64,000 nucleotides of DNA, taken from NCBI RefSeq assembly GCF_009834535.1, contig NC_045704.1, positions 9,176,001-9,240,000 on the forward strand, read 5' to 3'. How positions within the stretch are numbered: position 1 is the first letter of the stretch; every line of letters begins with the position of its first letter. Source of the DNA: Camelus ferus (lineage: Eukaryota). A program made the position numbers and the translations under genes. Positions 12,201 through 24,900 of the stretch are shown here, in pieces. The notes under the pieces were generated by a model. It saw only the letters and a program-made list of their open reading frames with translations. It searched no databases and had not been told where the DNA came from.

Positions 12201-12759
12201 ATCATGTTCCCATAAGGAGGAGAAACAAAGAACTTAGGACTGATCATCATGTTTAGTTATCGCCTATCCTTCCAAGAAAACAATTTAAGGTTGTTCCAAA
12301 GGTCTTACATATCTTTTTCTTATTGGGTTTTACAACGTCTACACTTTTATACATGAGAAAATGCAGGCACAATCCAGAGGAGTGTAGTGACCTCTCTAAG
12401 GCCACACAGCCAGGCCATGGAAGGAAAAAGCTGCCGGCTAAGACCTCAGCCCTGTCCTTGGTGCTGCCGAAAACCCTTGTCTTCTGGGCTCTTTTCTCCA
12501 AAGGAGCGTTTCCCAAATGTCACACAGCCTGCGGATTTTTGCTAGTAAATCCCAGTACCACCAGTGTTGCTGTTTGCTGAATATCTTTCTGCAAACGGAC
12601 TTAAAAATCCTTACGTTTATGAACTTTACCTCGCTACGTTATCACCAGCCATGCAGAGGACGTGCCCACAAAAACGTGCAGCATGAAAACAGAACAAAGG
12701 TTATTAAATTCTGATGAGGTCAACTGACTGCCAGAGCCTACTCATATAGGTTAGAAAGA

Positions 12760-13260
12760 AATTCGAATTAGTTCGCAGCCAGCCAGCGCCCCACGCGGGC
12801 TGTCTCCTGCGGGGATTGACAGGTCAGTGGGAAAAAATTCGTCGCTTTCTCCCGGAGGAGAGGGAGACCCGGCTCCCTGAAAGCCCCGCCCCTCCCTCCA
12901 GTGCGCCTGCGCGGCGACTCTGACGCCAGCCCGGGCCCCACCCCCTCCAGAAGCGACCACAGGCCTCGGGGGCGGGGCCTGGGCACAAGATGGCTGCCGC
13001 ACGCCCGGAGCCACAGAGTCCCAGCTCAGCGGCCCCGGAGCCGCGATCCCCGGAGCCTCCGGACCTGGTGCGGGCGAGGAAGGGGCCTAGGCAGGGGGAT
13101 CGAGGCGGCAGGAGGTCGCGGGGCGGGGGCGGAGCCAGGGCGGGGCTTAGGACTGGGCGGGGGAGGTATTTAGGGCTCCGGTCCTGGGGGCGGGGCTTCT
13201 CGGGGGTAGGTGAGGGGCGGGGCTCAGGGAGGAGCCTATGAGGTCGGAGGGGCGGTGCTT
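12760..13260 (+). promoter_or_regulatory. ZNF784: ZNF784 CpG-island promoter
   Basis: CpG-dense. NRF1-like TGCGCCTGCGC at 12902, GC boxes, YY1-type CAAGATGGC overlapping the ATG at 12990. Confidence 0.8.
12990..13067 (+). CDS. ZNF784: ZNF784 coding exon 1 (26 codons)
   Basis: MAAARPEPQSPSSAAPEPRSPEPPDL matches the recalled human N-terminus; donor CTG|GTGCGG, phase 0. Confidence 0.9.
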
Positions 13261-14281
13261 GTGTGGGTGGAGCCTGAGGAGGGGGTTGGGTGGAACATCT
13301 GAATCTGAGAGGGGTCCAGGGAAAGGCCTCCCAGGGATTGAGTTTGTCTAATAAGGGGGCGGAGCCTTCAGAGGGCAGGGCCTTAGAAATTCTAGGGCTA
13401 GTGAACCTGACTGGAAGGTTGGAAGGGTGACCCTGAAAGACAGGGGTGTGGCGTTATGGTTGGGGCACCCACGTTGGGGTGGAGGGATGAATTCTGCAAG
13501 GGTCTAAGTGATGCATCTCCATGCCCAAGAGAGGATTTGAAAGAGGGGAGAAATGACTGCTCCAGGTGACTCTGGAACCCCAGTCGGGATAGGAGAGTAT
13601 CTGAGGACACTCATTCATTCAGCAGACATTTACTGAGCTGGATAGATGGGGATGTGAACAAGACAGATAAACTGTATTCTCTTGGAGCTTGCAGTCGAGT
13701 AGGGGAGAGAGACAATAAACGAGACTTACTGTGTTATGGTCCGTAGAGAAAGAGCTGATAGAGTGGGGGGTAGGGGAGCTAAATTTAGACGAGAGAAGTC
13801 AGCTGTGTGCAGGCTTATATTTACACTGGGGTCAGAGAGATAAGCAGGAGCCGGATCGTGATGGATATTACATGACAGTTTTGGATTTTAAGTGCGGTTG
13901 GATTCATGGGAGAGTTTCGGGTGGGAAAATGATTTCCATCTGGTTTCCATTTTCAAAATGCCATTCAGGCTGCTGTGGGGAGGTGGGGTACCTCCTCCTA
14001 TGCAGGCATAGGAACAGAGGCATTTAGAGCTTTAGGAGACTCCTGCAGTTGTCACAGTAAGAAATGATTGGCTTTTAACTGCAGTGGAGGAGACAAATGG
14101 CTGGATCTGTGATCTTTTTTGGATAGGAGGGAAATTCTGGATGGGCATATGCCAGAATCCTGGAGGATGGAGAACGGAATCTAGAAACTGAGGGGCCTGG
14201 TACCCAACAAAGGAGATGGGTGTTGGGGAGGCCTTGAGGTGGAGTCCACAGGCTCCTCTGTTTCCTTTCCCCCTCACCCAG

Positions 14282-15172
14282 GTCCTGGTCCCTGATGATG
14301 GCCGCCCGGCCACCCCCCCGAGTGACCTCATTGAGATCCAGGTGGTGAAGGTGACAGACACCACGCTGGTACCTGAGCCCCCGGAGCCAGGTTCTCTTCA
14401 CTGTGCCTTGTGCCCAGCTGCCTTCCGGCTGGTCTCCGAGCTGCTGTTCCACGAACATGGCCACCTGGCTGGGGTTGAGGGTGGTGGGCAGGGTGGGGAC
14501 CCAAGCCGGTGTCACGTGTGTGGCCACAGCTGTCCAGGACCCGCCAGCCTCCGTGCCCACTACAGCCTGCACACGGGAGAGCGGCCCTACCGCTGTCCAC
14601 TCTGCCCCCGAGCCTTCAAGGCCCTGGCGCCTCTGCTGCGGCACCAGCACCGCCATGGGGTGGAGGCGGGGACCTCTCAAAGGCCTCCGGAGGCGGCAGC
14701 GGCTCGAGAACAGCTGCCCGGGGTGCCCCAGGAGAGGTCGGAGGTGGTGATGGCGGCGGCAGCGGCAGGCGCGGCGGTGGGGAAGCCTTTCGCTTGCAGG
14801 TTCTGCGCCAAGCCGTTCCGCCGCTCCTCAGACATGCGAGACCACGAGCGGGTGCACACAGGCGAGCGGCCCTACCACTGCGGCGTGTGCGGCAAGGGCT
14901 TCACCCAGTCCTCGGTGCTGAGCGGACACGCCCGCATCCACACTGGCGAGCGCCCCTTCCGCTGCACCCTCTGTGATCGCACTTTCAACAACTCCTCCAA
15001 CTTCCGCAAGCACCAGCGCACCCACTTCCACGGGCCGGGGCCGGGGCTGGGAGACTCTGGAAACCAGCTGGCATCGGGGGCTGAGAGGTCAGGAAGTGGG
15101 TGTGGGGCAGGAAACACTCTGGAAGAGGGGCGTGGGGAGAGAGCCAAAGTGAAGGCAGAGGTTGACCAGTAG
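14282..15172 (+). CDS. ZNF784: ZNF784 coding exon 2; C2H2 zinc-finger protein, 322 aa spliced
   Basis: Acceptor cccctcacccag|GTC. VLVPDD..PSDLIEIQVVKVTDTTLVPEPPEPG, C2H2 fingers with TGERP linkers, TAG at 15170-15172. Confidence 0.95.
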   Translation, partial: VLVPDDGRPATPPSDLIEIQVVKVTDTTLVPEPPEPGSLHCALCPAAFRLVSELLFHEHGHLAGVEGGGQGGDPSRCHVCGHSCPGPASLRAHYSLHTGERPYRCPLCPRAFKALAPLLRHQHRHGVEAGTSQRPPEAAAAREQLPGVPQERSEVVMAAAAAGAAVGKPFACRFCAKPFRRSSDMRDHERVHTGERPYHCGVCGKGFTQSSVLSGHARIHTGERPFRCTLCDRTFNNSSNFRKHQRTHFHGPGPGLGDSGNQLASGAERSGSGCGAGNTLEEGRGERAKVKAEVDQ

Positions 15173-16609
15173 TCTGGGAGAGCAGGCACAAAGGAGCATT
15201 ATCAGGCGAAGTAGGAGGCAGGTGGCAGGGTGGGGGTGGGAAAAGGAGGCTGGGGACGAAGAGGAGCAATTGGGGCAGAGATGACATAAGAGCTAACACA
15301 GATGGCAGTGAGCAGCCAGGTGGGAGAGCAGAGGGAGAACCAGGTTCAGGACCCTCACAAACCCACACAGCACCTCCATGAGATTCAGAGAAAGGTACTA
15401 ATGCATCTAAATGGGAGGGGCACAGGCTGGATTTCATTGCTCCGTTTGCCTCCCCTCTGGGTTGTCCCCGTGCAAGACACAGCTTGTCACAGCAGAGTCT
15501 GGGCACTGTGGGGTGGGGGTGGGGGCCCGAGTTGAGCAGAAGGGGCAGAACGGGAATGCACCACAGTGAGCCTGGGCCAGCCCTTCATCTGCAGAACCTG
15601 GACTACCTTGGGGCCTAATCTTTTGCCTACCTCACTGGATTGCACTGAACATGAGATGCCTACCCATCCTCAGGCAGAAGACGTCCACCAGCTCCTCCAT
15701 GCAGACTGGGATCCCATCACCTCAAAGCCAGAGGGTCCCCAAGTCACAGTCTAGAGCGCTCAACAGTCTCAAGGATGTAAGCCCGACCATAAGGATATTG
15801 ACTCCAGGAGCGGCTACCCTCGTTCCCATGGTGGTCCCTCCTTAAGCCACCCAGACTCCTCTTCCAAGGAAACTGAAAACCCGGACTGCAAACAGCCATC
15901 TAAAGCCCCCTCCTAAAGCTTTGGCTCAGAGACCATGGTCCCCCAGGTCTACAAAGTAGCCTCAAGTTTCTCTGATTTCCTCTACTCCCAATTTGAAGCA
16001 GACAGCTTACTGCCGGGTCCCAGGCTGTCCCCAAAAAGGCTTCGTGGATGGCAGCATGGTGGCCTGGCCAGCATTTGGTGGGTGTGGAATAGCTGAGTTA
16101 CAGTGGTAGGGGGCAAGAGGAGATGGGATCTGGAGGTGGGAAACCTCCAGTTCTATTCCTATTAAAGGACTTTCTGAAGGGTTTCCTCTATGTTGGTCTC
16201 GTGTTTCAGGGGTGGGAATAGAAGGAACACGCTGTGGTCTTGCCCTGCAGCTGTGAGCTGCCGCGTACCTCTCTCCAAACCTCTGTTTCCTCATCAGGGT
16301 CAGGGAAGTTTAGCAAAATGAAGGGACTCCTGTGATCAGGATGCTTCTTGAGGAGGGACAGCCCTGGATTTGCACCCCTACCTGCTCACCCAACACCCCC
16401 ATAAGATATCCCATAGACAACTCATAAGGTGAACAGACAGAATTCACTGTTTTCACCAAAGAAAAGTACTTCCTGTCACTGGCATCACCACCCAAGCTAG
16501 AAACTGGCAGTTTCCTCAAGCTGCCTACCTCACCCTAATTCCTTGTCGATTTCCTGCTGTTGAAACAAGTATCTCTGGAGTCTGAATGCTTCTTTTCATC
16601 ATCACTACT

Positions 16610-16734
16610 TGTTTGGAGAGTGGGGAAGGGTAATTAGGTTAACAGTATTTACCGTTAATGGCAGTGCTGGGGATTCAGCTCAGGACCTCGTACATGCTAG
16701 GCACACGGTCTACCACTGAGCTATACTCTCCCCC
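16610..16734 (-). mobile_element. tRNA-Ala-derived SINE with 14-bp target-site duplication
   Basis: TSD tcatcatcactact at 16596-16609 and 16735-16748. Confidence 0.93.
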
Positions 16735-17778
16735 TCATCATCACTACTCTCATGGACCAAGCCAACCGTCATCTCACCCATGCAGGCCCTGCCCTCCTTA
16801 TTCTCCATCCTGTGGCCACATGCATCCTTCAGAAACACCGATCCCAACCTTAACCTTGTCACCAACTCACAGCTCCTTGTGGCTGTGCGAAGAGATTCCA
16901 AAAGTGTCTAGAGGAACCATGTGGCAACATAAATAAGTAAAGAAGGTGGCCGGATTTGAGGGAGAAACACCAGCACCTACAAGGTGAAATACGGCCACCG
17001 ACACTTGGGCTGAGTGTTGGGATTTGGAGGGAATTGGTGTCAGATTGGAGAACGTATACCACATCCAAACAGCAACAGGACCTCAGCCCCGGAGGATGCA
17101 AACCATATCGCTACATCTTCCACATTTTTCAGAAGTTGCATTAGTTACTGTTACGTAATTTTTTTAAAAAAATTTTCCAAGGTTGCCAACTAAGTCAACT
17201 TTTTTTTTTTTTTTTTTTTTTTTAATGCACGGGTGGAACAAAACGTGTCAGTGGTTTTTACCCAGCAGCTGCCAGGTACCAGCCTCTGACCTACTAGATC
17301 ATCCAAGCTCTGCTATTTGGAATTTGTGGCCCTTCAGTCTCCCAACCTCAACCTCGCCAGTCACATTCATCTATTTGAAATTCTATGGAATATCTGGCTT
17401 TAGTTATGACACACGAAACCCTCCACTTGGAATTCTCTGCCCACTTTACCTGGCTAACTCCTGTGGCTTTATGTCATCCTTCAGGCATCATCCTCCAGGA
17501 AGCTTGGTCAGCCCTCCCAGTCTGATAAGGTGACTCCTTCGTGCTCTCAGCCCTCGGTGATACTTCCACGTCCTCCGGTGCTCCATGTCCAGCTTGGATA
17601 TGGTAAACCCTCAGTACCTACCAGCTGAATGAGGAAAAGCAGAAAGAGTGAGGGGGAGGCAGTAGGTGCTGGGGAATCGAAATTCCAGGAGACAAAAGTT
17701 TCCAACCTTCTGTTTGTCAGCACCAAATCCCCTTCCCCTGGGATGCAAGAAAGGACTCCAGCAGCCCTGTTGATAAGA

Positions 17779-17784
17779 TTTATT
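17779..17784 (-). terminator. ZNF865: Probable ZNF865 polyadenylation signal (AATAAA)
   Basis: tttatt on the plus strand about 460 nt past the stop codon. Confidence 0.6.
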
Positions 17785-18242
17785 ATTCTCCGCTCTATAC
17801 AAGCCGCGTCTGCCACACCACCCCCCGCCCCCCCCCAATCCAAGAGCACCCAGTCCCCCCTTGTGCCCTCCCAAACCGTTCATACTCTGCTGTCCAGCCT
17901 GATTCCAAAGGAAGGGGGAGAGGCAGTTCAGACCCATCTCCACTGAGCTCATTGGGTAACAGAACGCTGCTGGGGCAGGGGGCTGAGGGTTACAAAATGG
18001 GGTTGGACGGAGGATCAAGTTCAGTGTCTGATAGGACGAGAGGAGGGCCAGGGGGGTCTGGGATAGGAGTGATTCAGTCTTGAGTTTGCATGGCATGGGC
18101 CTTGATGGAGGCTAGTCTGTCTGAAGTTCTGGAGGATGGACGGGGCAACAGAGGAGGGGGAAGAGTCTGATCAGTGTCCAAAAGGGGCAAGTCTGGAAAA
18201 GGACATCTGATTGGAGTGGAGGATGGGAAGCACCCCCCCTGG

Positions 18243-21200
18243 TCAGGCATCCTTCCCGGCCAAGGTGCCGGCCCCTGCTCCAGGCGCCCCCAGGCCCTCA
18301 GCCTTGTGGACCAGGCGGTGTTTCTTGAGGCCGTAGGTGTTGGTGAAGCCCTCGCCGCAGGAGGAGCAGCGGAAAGGCCGGCCGCCCTGGTGGGCTGCCA
18401 GGTGCTTACGGAAGTAGCCGGGATCCTTGAAGGCCTTGAGGCAGGCGGGGCAGCGGAGCTCAGGCCGCGGCGGCTCGTGGGCGCGCTGGTNNNNNNNNNN
18501 NNNNNNNNNNNNNNNNNNNNNNNNNNNNNNNNNNNNNNNNNNNNNNNNNNNNNNNNNNNNNNNNNNNNNNNNNNNNNNNNNNNNNNNNNNNNNNNNNNNN
18601 NNNNNNNNNNNNNNNNNNNNNNAGCGCTGGGGCCGGGCCACCGCGTGCAGCCGCCGATGCTCCGCCAGGCTGGACGACTGCGCGAAGCGCTTGGCGCACA
18701 CGCCGCACTTGAAGGCCCGCTCACCCGTGTGGACCACGCGGTGCTGCCGCAGGTACCACGAGCGCAGAAAGCCTCGGCCACACACGCCACACCTGTAGGG
18801 CCGCTGCTCCGTGTGGCAGCGCTGGTGGCGCATCAGCAGGGCCGCCTCCCAGAAGCGCTTGCCACACACCGGGCAGCGGAAGCCCCGCTTCTGCCGGTGG
18901 CTGCGGCGATGCAGGAGCAAATCATAGGCCCCCGCAAAGCTCTGGCCGCAGAGGCCGCAGCCCAGGGTCCTCCGCACTAGGTGCACGTACTTGTGAGTCA
19001 CCAGGCCCAGGAAGTGCTTGAAGCTCTGGCCGCAGGTGGCACAGCTGAAGCGCTCAGGGCCCGAACTGGCACCCCCACCGGCCCCGGCCACTGCCGCCCC
19101 GCTCGCATCATCGCCCCCGGACACCCCTGCCAGCGCCGCCACGGCCGCCCCCACCTCTCCAGCCAGCCCATTGTCCAGCACGCTGGCCGCATCGGTGCTG
19201 CTGGAGCCATCCGAGGGCTGCGGGCCGCCAGACGCGGGCGGCAGCAGGCGCTCGGGAGCAGCCTGGTGGACCAGCTTATGCCACATGAGGTTCTCGATGA
19301 AGCCGAAGGTCTTGCCGCAGGCGTCGCAGCCGTAGGGCTTCTCTGCCATGTGCACCTCCTTGTGGCTCATGACGTGGAAGAGATCCGGGAAGTGTTCGCC
19401 ACAGTCCGAGCAGGCATAGCTCAGTCCGTCGGCCGCCCCCGCCGACGTGGACGAGGCGCCTGGGCCACAGGCCCCCGCCGCGCCCTGTGTGGTGGGGAGG
19501 CCGGCAGCCCCGGCCAGGGCGCATGGCAGCTGGAGCCGGTGTACCTGGCGGTGGCGGGTGAGGCTCTGCGGGTAACCAAAGACCTTGCCGCAGAGCTCGC
19601 ACTTGTAGGGCCGCTCGCGGGTGTGCACCACGTGGTGCTTGCTCAAGTGGAAGGATTCGCGGAAGCGCTTGCCGCACACTGGACACTGGTGCGGCTTCTC
19701 GCCCGTGTGGATGCGCTCATGGCGCTTCAGGGTCTCGCGGCGCCCGAAGCCGCGCCCACAGATGCCACAGCAGAACGTCTTTCCCGGGACGCTGGCGCTG
19801 GAGCCTCCAGTCCCACTGGTCCCGGCCCCGCCGAGCAGCAGCGGGTGGGCCCCCAGGAGCGGGACCGGCACGGCGCCGTACACCACGGCCGCTGCGGCCG
19901 CCGCCGCCTTCTCGCTGTCTGTGGCCGGGGGATCGGGGGGCAGGAGGTAGGGTCCCGGGGGGAAGGTAGGCGGGGGCTGCGGGACGGAGGCCACCCCGTC
20001 CTTGGGCGTCTCAGGGGCTGCGGGCGGCGCGTGGGCCGCTTTGTGCCGGAGCAGGCTCTGGGGCGCCGAGTAGGACTTGCCGCACAGATCGCAGGGGTAC
20101 ATGGGCCGAGGCCCCGCCGCGCCCGCCCCCGCGTGGGCCGCCTGGTGCTTGAGCAGGTAGGCTGCGTCGCGGAAGGCCTTCCCGCAGATGCCGCAGGGCA
20201 GGCGCAGCAGGTCGGCCGAGTGCGTCTTCACGTGCCGCTTGAGGCTCTCCTGCGGTTGAAGCTCTTGCTGCACACGGAGCAGGAGAAGGGCTTCTCGCCC
20301 GTGTGGATGATCTGGTGCTGGTGGAGGTGGCTGGGCTTCTTGAAGACCTTCCAGCAGAGCGTGCAGGCAAACGGGCCGTCACCGCCCCCGGCGCCGCCGC
20401 CGCCGCTGCCGCCGCCTGAGGGGGCACCCCCACACCCGCAGGCGGGGCGGGGGCCGCGTTCCCGTCGGTGGAGGTGGCGGCGGGCGCCGCGGGCGTGGCC
20501 GGAGGGCCAGAGGACACCGACGTGGCAGCGGCGGCGGCGGCGGCGGCGGCGGCGGGGGCTCCGGCGATGGGCGCGGGCGTGGGCAGGCCCAGTGGCGGGA
20601 GCGGCGCGCCGGGCTGTGGTGGTCCCCCCGCGGCCGGAGGCACGTCCTTGTGGCAGCGGCGGTGGCGGATGAGGCTGGAGACGTGGTTGTAGGTGCGGCC
20701 GCAGACGCCGCACTCGTATGGCCNNNNNNNNNNNNNNNNNNNNNNNNNNNNNNNNNNNNNNNNNNNNNNNNNNNNNNNNNNNNNNNNNNNNNNNNNNNNN
20801 NNNNNNNNNNNNNNNNNNNNNNNNNNNNNNNNNNNNNNNNNNNNNNNNNNNNNNNNNNNNNNNNNNNNNNNNNNNNNNNCGGGTCCCGGCGGGGTCTGCG
20901 AGGGGGCGGGAAGAGGCCCGGGGGTCCCCGTGGGAGTGGCCAGCCCGGGCGTCACCCCAGGCCCGGATGCCGGCCCTCCGCGTTTCAGGTTCCCAAACAG
21001 GTGCTGGTGTCCCGAGAGGTCGACGATGCCCCACTGCGGGGCCGGGAAGGCGGCGTCAAATAGGGGCGGCGGGGGCGCCCCGAAGGCAGGCGGCAGGGGC
21101 GGGTCGGGCTTCTTGGCTTGGGAGGAGGACGACGACGAGGATGAAGAGGACGAGGACGAGGAGGAGGAAGGGGCCTCCGCCTTGGGCTTGAAGGTGGACT

Positions 21201-21444
21201 GGGGCGGGTAGTCGTACTGCGGCGGGGGCGGCTGCGGCGGGGGCTGTGGCGGGGGCCCCGGGGCGCAGGGCAGCGCCGCCACCGCCTTGGCGTGCTCCCC
21301 GTAGAGCTCCATGGGCTCGAAGCGCTGGTGGTTGAGGAACTCCAGGAAGTCGAAGGGGTAGCTCTGGAAGTGAACCCCGTCCTCGCCCCCTATGCCGCTG
21401 CTCCCGCCACCCCCGGCGCCGCCGCCCGCTGGGTTGGCCTCCAT
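18243..21444 (-). CDS. ZNF865: ZNF865, single large coding exon, multi-C2H2 protein (about 1,070 aa); interrupted here by two N gaps and two 1-nt frameshifts
   Basis: [51 protein letters not shown] ... AGTLAGKDA* matches recalled ZNF865. Acceptor ttctccgcag| at 21472-21471. Frames 20011..21663, 20228..21034 and 18243..20273 join at about 20422 and about 20250. Confidence 0.93.
18491..18622. other. Assembly gap (132 N) inside the ZNF865 CDS; frame preserved
   Basis: N run; length is a multiple of 3. Confidence 0.99.
20724..20879. other. Assembly gap (156 N) inside the ZNF865 CDS; frame preserved
   Basis: N run; length is a multiple of 3. Confidence 0.99.
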
Positions 21445-21949
21445 CTTGGGCGGGTGAGAGACCGGGGACCCTGCGGAGAAGAGGACGCGGCTGAGGAAGC
21501 AGGGCAGCACCGGGTCTCCCTCATCGTCCAGTCTTGTCCCTCTGTCCCTCCACCCCACAGAGCAGTCTTCCTCCTGGCTCGCTGGCCCCACTGACCTCTC
21601 CCACTCAGCCAATCGCTTCCTTCCTGGGTCCTCTTTGCTCCTCGTCTCCCCTGGCCTCTCCAATTCCTTTCATTTCATCCCCTTTTTACCAGGGTCCTCA
21701 CACATCTCTGACCGGCCTGCAGACCCTCTACCTCCAACACTGCCTGCCGGCCTTCGACCTTCTCTGCTCAGATTCTAATTCTCCGCACCCCTGGTCTCTG
21801 GTCTCAGTCCCCTTTGCAAACCCTCTCAGGCCTCAATTCTATGCACCCGGGTCCTAGGCCCTCTGCTCTGTGCCCCCACCTCCCCCACCACACACACACA
21901 CACACACACCCCAGCCCTCATTCTCAATCCCCTCAGGTTTCGCCTTCGT

Positions 21950-24900
21950 CAAATGACAATAATAGTTCCTCTCAGAGTGGTTAAGAGGGTGGCCTCTGGA
22001 GCCTGAATGCTAGCTTTGAATCTAAGACCCGCCGCTCTCTACCTGTGTGGCCACGGACAACTTCCTGAATCTCTCTGTGCCTCATCTACCAACGGAGGTG
22101 ACAAAGCACATCCCCACAGCACAGGGCTATGTACGCAAGGCCCTTCAGGTGGACGCTTCCTTAAGTGGAGGAGTCACACTGTTCTCACTCTCACCACCAG
22201 GAGTGCAACTAGAAAGTCAGGACAAAGCAAGAGAGCTGGAGAGAAGTCAGTGCAGGGAGGGGCGCGTTCTTTCACTACAGGGTCGGAAGGAGACGCTGCT
22301 TGCCTGGCACAAACGAGTTGCGGCAGGGGGGTTGGCACTGAAAGCAGGCAGCCTGACAGCAGGAGACACGTGGCCCTGGGCCTGGGCAGACCTGGGTTCA
22401 AGTCCCAGTTCCTTCCTGGTCCACACTCTCTCCATGGCTAAAAGCAGGCAGTAACCCCAAGGAGGAAGGGGAATTTAAGGGGCTGAAGCAGGACGAAAGG
22501 CAACATACTGGTTGGCACAGTTCGCTCAGTCCCAGGAGCGATGTGTACCTTCAGTGACATCACACACCTGGGCAGAGACTGACGGCAGGTGCTTAGGGAG
22601 CATGGGTTGCTGTCCTTGCCCCTGTGGGGGTTTCCTGCCCCCTCTTCTCTGGGCACCTCCTTGACAGGACTTTTCATTCCAGACTGCAGCTGTCCATGTC
22701 TGTCCACACCCACCCCCCGCAAACCTCAGCTACTACAATTGATCTCCGAGCCTCAGACCCACCCAGAGGCCTCAGGAAATGACTCCACTGAGTGGGTGGA
22801 GAGCCCTTGGGAGAAGGGCCCACAAAGCCTGGCTTGCTTCTTGGCCATCAGTCCCTCTCTGTTGGGGGCCTGGCTCTGTGCCCAGCATGCTCCAGGGGTC
22901 AGTGGGGTTTACCAAGGCCACGGCCCAGGGGACCCCATCCATCTGGCTGACTTTCTCCCCTGACAGGTGAAAGGTGAGTGTCTCCTTCGCCGCCACACCC
23001 CGGAGGTCAGTATTTTTAGCCTCCAGCTCTGGGTGTCCCTGGATGAGAGTCAACATCCTATGCCCTTCACGCTCCCTTAGTTAATCTCATCTCCGGAAGG
23101 AGTAGAGGCGTGGCTGGGTGCTCGTGGAAGCCTGTGGGCAGAACCTAAGTCTGGGAGACAGCTGGAGTGGGCTGGGTGGACTGGGAGAAAGCTCTCGGTG
23201 CAGGGGTGCAGGGAGAAGGGGAGGGGAGGTGTCCCAGGAAGGAAGCCCAGCCCTGGCTCGCTTCCACTAGAGCACGTGTTTACAGCTAATGTAGGACTGG
23301 GCACTTCCCACGGGCCAGCATTCTTCTAAGCACATCACACATACTAACTCACTGAACCCTCACCGCTACTCTGTGAGACTATAACACAGGGACTATCATC
23401 CCCATTTGACACACCGGAGGCACAGAGAGGACAAGTGACTCAGCCAAGGTCACAGAGCAAGTCCGTGGCTGGAACGCCCGCCTCCTCCCATCGGGTTGTT
23501 CCCTGAGGAGGAAGGGGAGGGTGGAACTGTGGGGGTAGGAGCCTTATTTGGGGTGCTTTCTGGGCAATGAGGGGCATTTATACAAGGGGCTGGGTGGAGG
23601 GGGAAGTGGTTACGATCCTGAACAGATGGAGCAGTGAGGTGGGGAGACTGTTCCCCTCTTGCCTGGAATATTCTTCCCCAGACCTCAAGGCTCCCACCCC
23701 TGCCTTCTTCAAGTGTCTGCTCAGGTGTCATCTCCAAGAGAGGGGACACCCTTCACTCTATCACTCACTAACCCTTCATCCTGCTTTTTTTCATCACAGT
23801 CATTGCCACCAATTTACTGTGTATATTTCCTTTGCTGTGTGTTTACTGTCTGGCCTCCTCACCTAAGAGAGTGAGGACTTGGCCTGTCTTGCTCACCACT
23901 GGGCCCTCAACACCTCACACAGTGCCTGGCACAGTGTGGGTACTCGATATTTACTGAAATGTAGGAATTAAATAGCACCTTCCTAAATCAGCAGTGGATC
24001 CACAATGAAATCACAGGGGAAATTAGATCAACAACAATGGAAAAGCAACATACCAAAACTTAGGAGATGCAGCTAAAGCTGTACTCAGAGGTAAATTTAT
24101 AGCTGTAATGCCTACTGATAAATGTTGAATGAGTGAAGGGATGAGACTTGGCTGACCAGAATTCCCTGAGGGAGGGAGGGAGGAGGACATTTAGCAGAGG
24201 GAGCTAAAAGTGGTGAGGTAGCCCCAGAACGAATTCTGGTGGCAGTGATGTTATGCAGAGGGCGCTGAGAGTGGGTGGGCAGATGCTGAAGGGCTGCTGC
24301 TCAGAGGGGAGCAGGGGGCATTACTGGGGGACAAAACTGATCAGGCTCACGATCATTTCCACTGGGAAACAAGAGGCATTTCCTCTCTCAGGGGACCCAA
24401 GCCATAACTTGCTGTCTTTCTAAGGGGAGATGTGTCATGGATTTCACACAGAGAGTGGCATGGTGGGCGGGACCCCCCCCCCCAAAAGAGTCAGGAGTCC
24501 CACAGCAACCACAGTCACAGTCAACCAACTCATGTTTATTGTTTGACCAGTTTCTTATGTACCATCGCTCTGATACTTCATAATAGTCCTGGACCGTTTA
24601 CTGGACCCATTTTGTAAGTAGGGAAACTGAGGAGAGGGGGACAGGGTCATTTCGCCAAGGTCACGCAGCCATTGAAGCAGAAAGCAGGTCTCCCTGATGC
24701 CAGGACTGTGGGCCACTCTGCTGCAACAAAGCTGCCTTGTGATGAAATTCTAGCCTATTCATAACAATAATAGTAACATATAGTAACATGTAACACTGAA
24801 TGACTACTTTCCACATGCCAAGTACACTTCTAAATCCTTTACATGTGTCGATTCAATGAATCTTCCCAACAACTCTAGAAGATGGTTAAGATTATTAATT

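Noticed and set aside
20245-20425. Programmed ribosomal frameshifting in ZNF865
   Set aside because: No canonical X_XXY_YYZ slippery heptamer, and two separate shifts would be needed. Homopolymer errors are simpler.
18981-20672. 563-aa plus-strand ORF, and other long ORFs antisense to the ZNF genes (e.g. 45925-47043, 35621-36754)
   Set aside because: Shadow ORFs of extremely GC-rich coding sequence; no recognisable domain or splice support.
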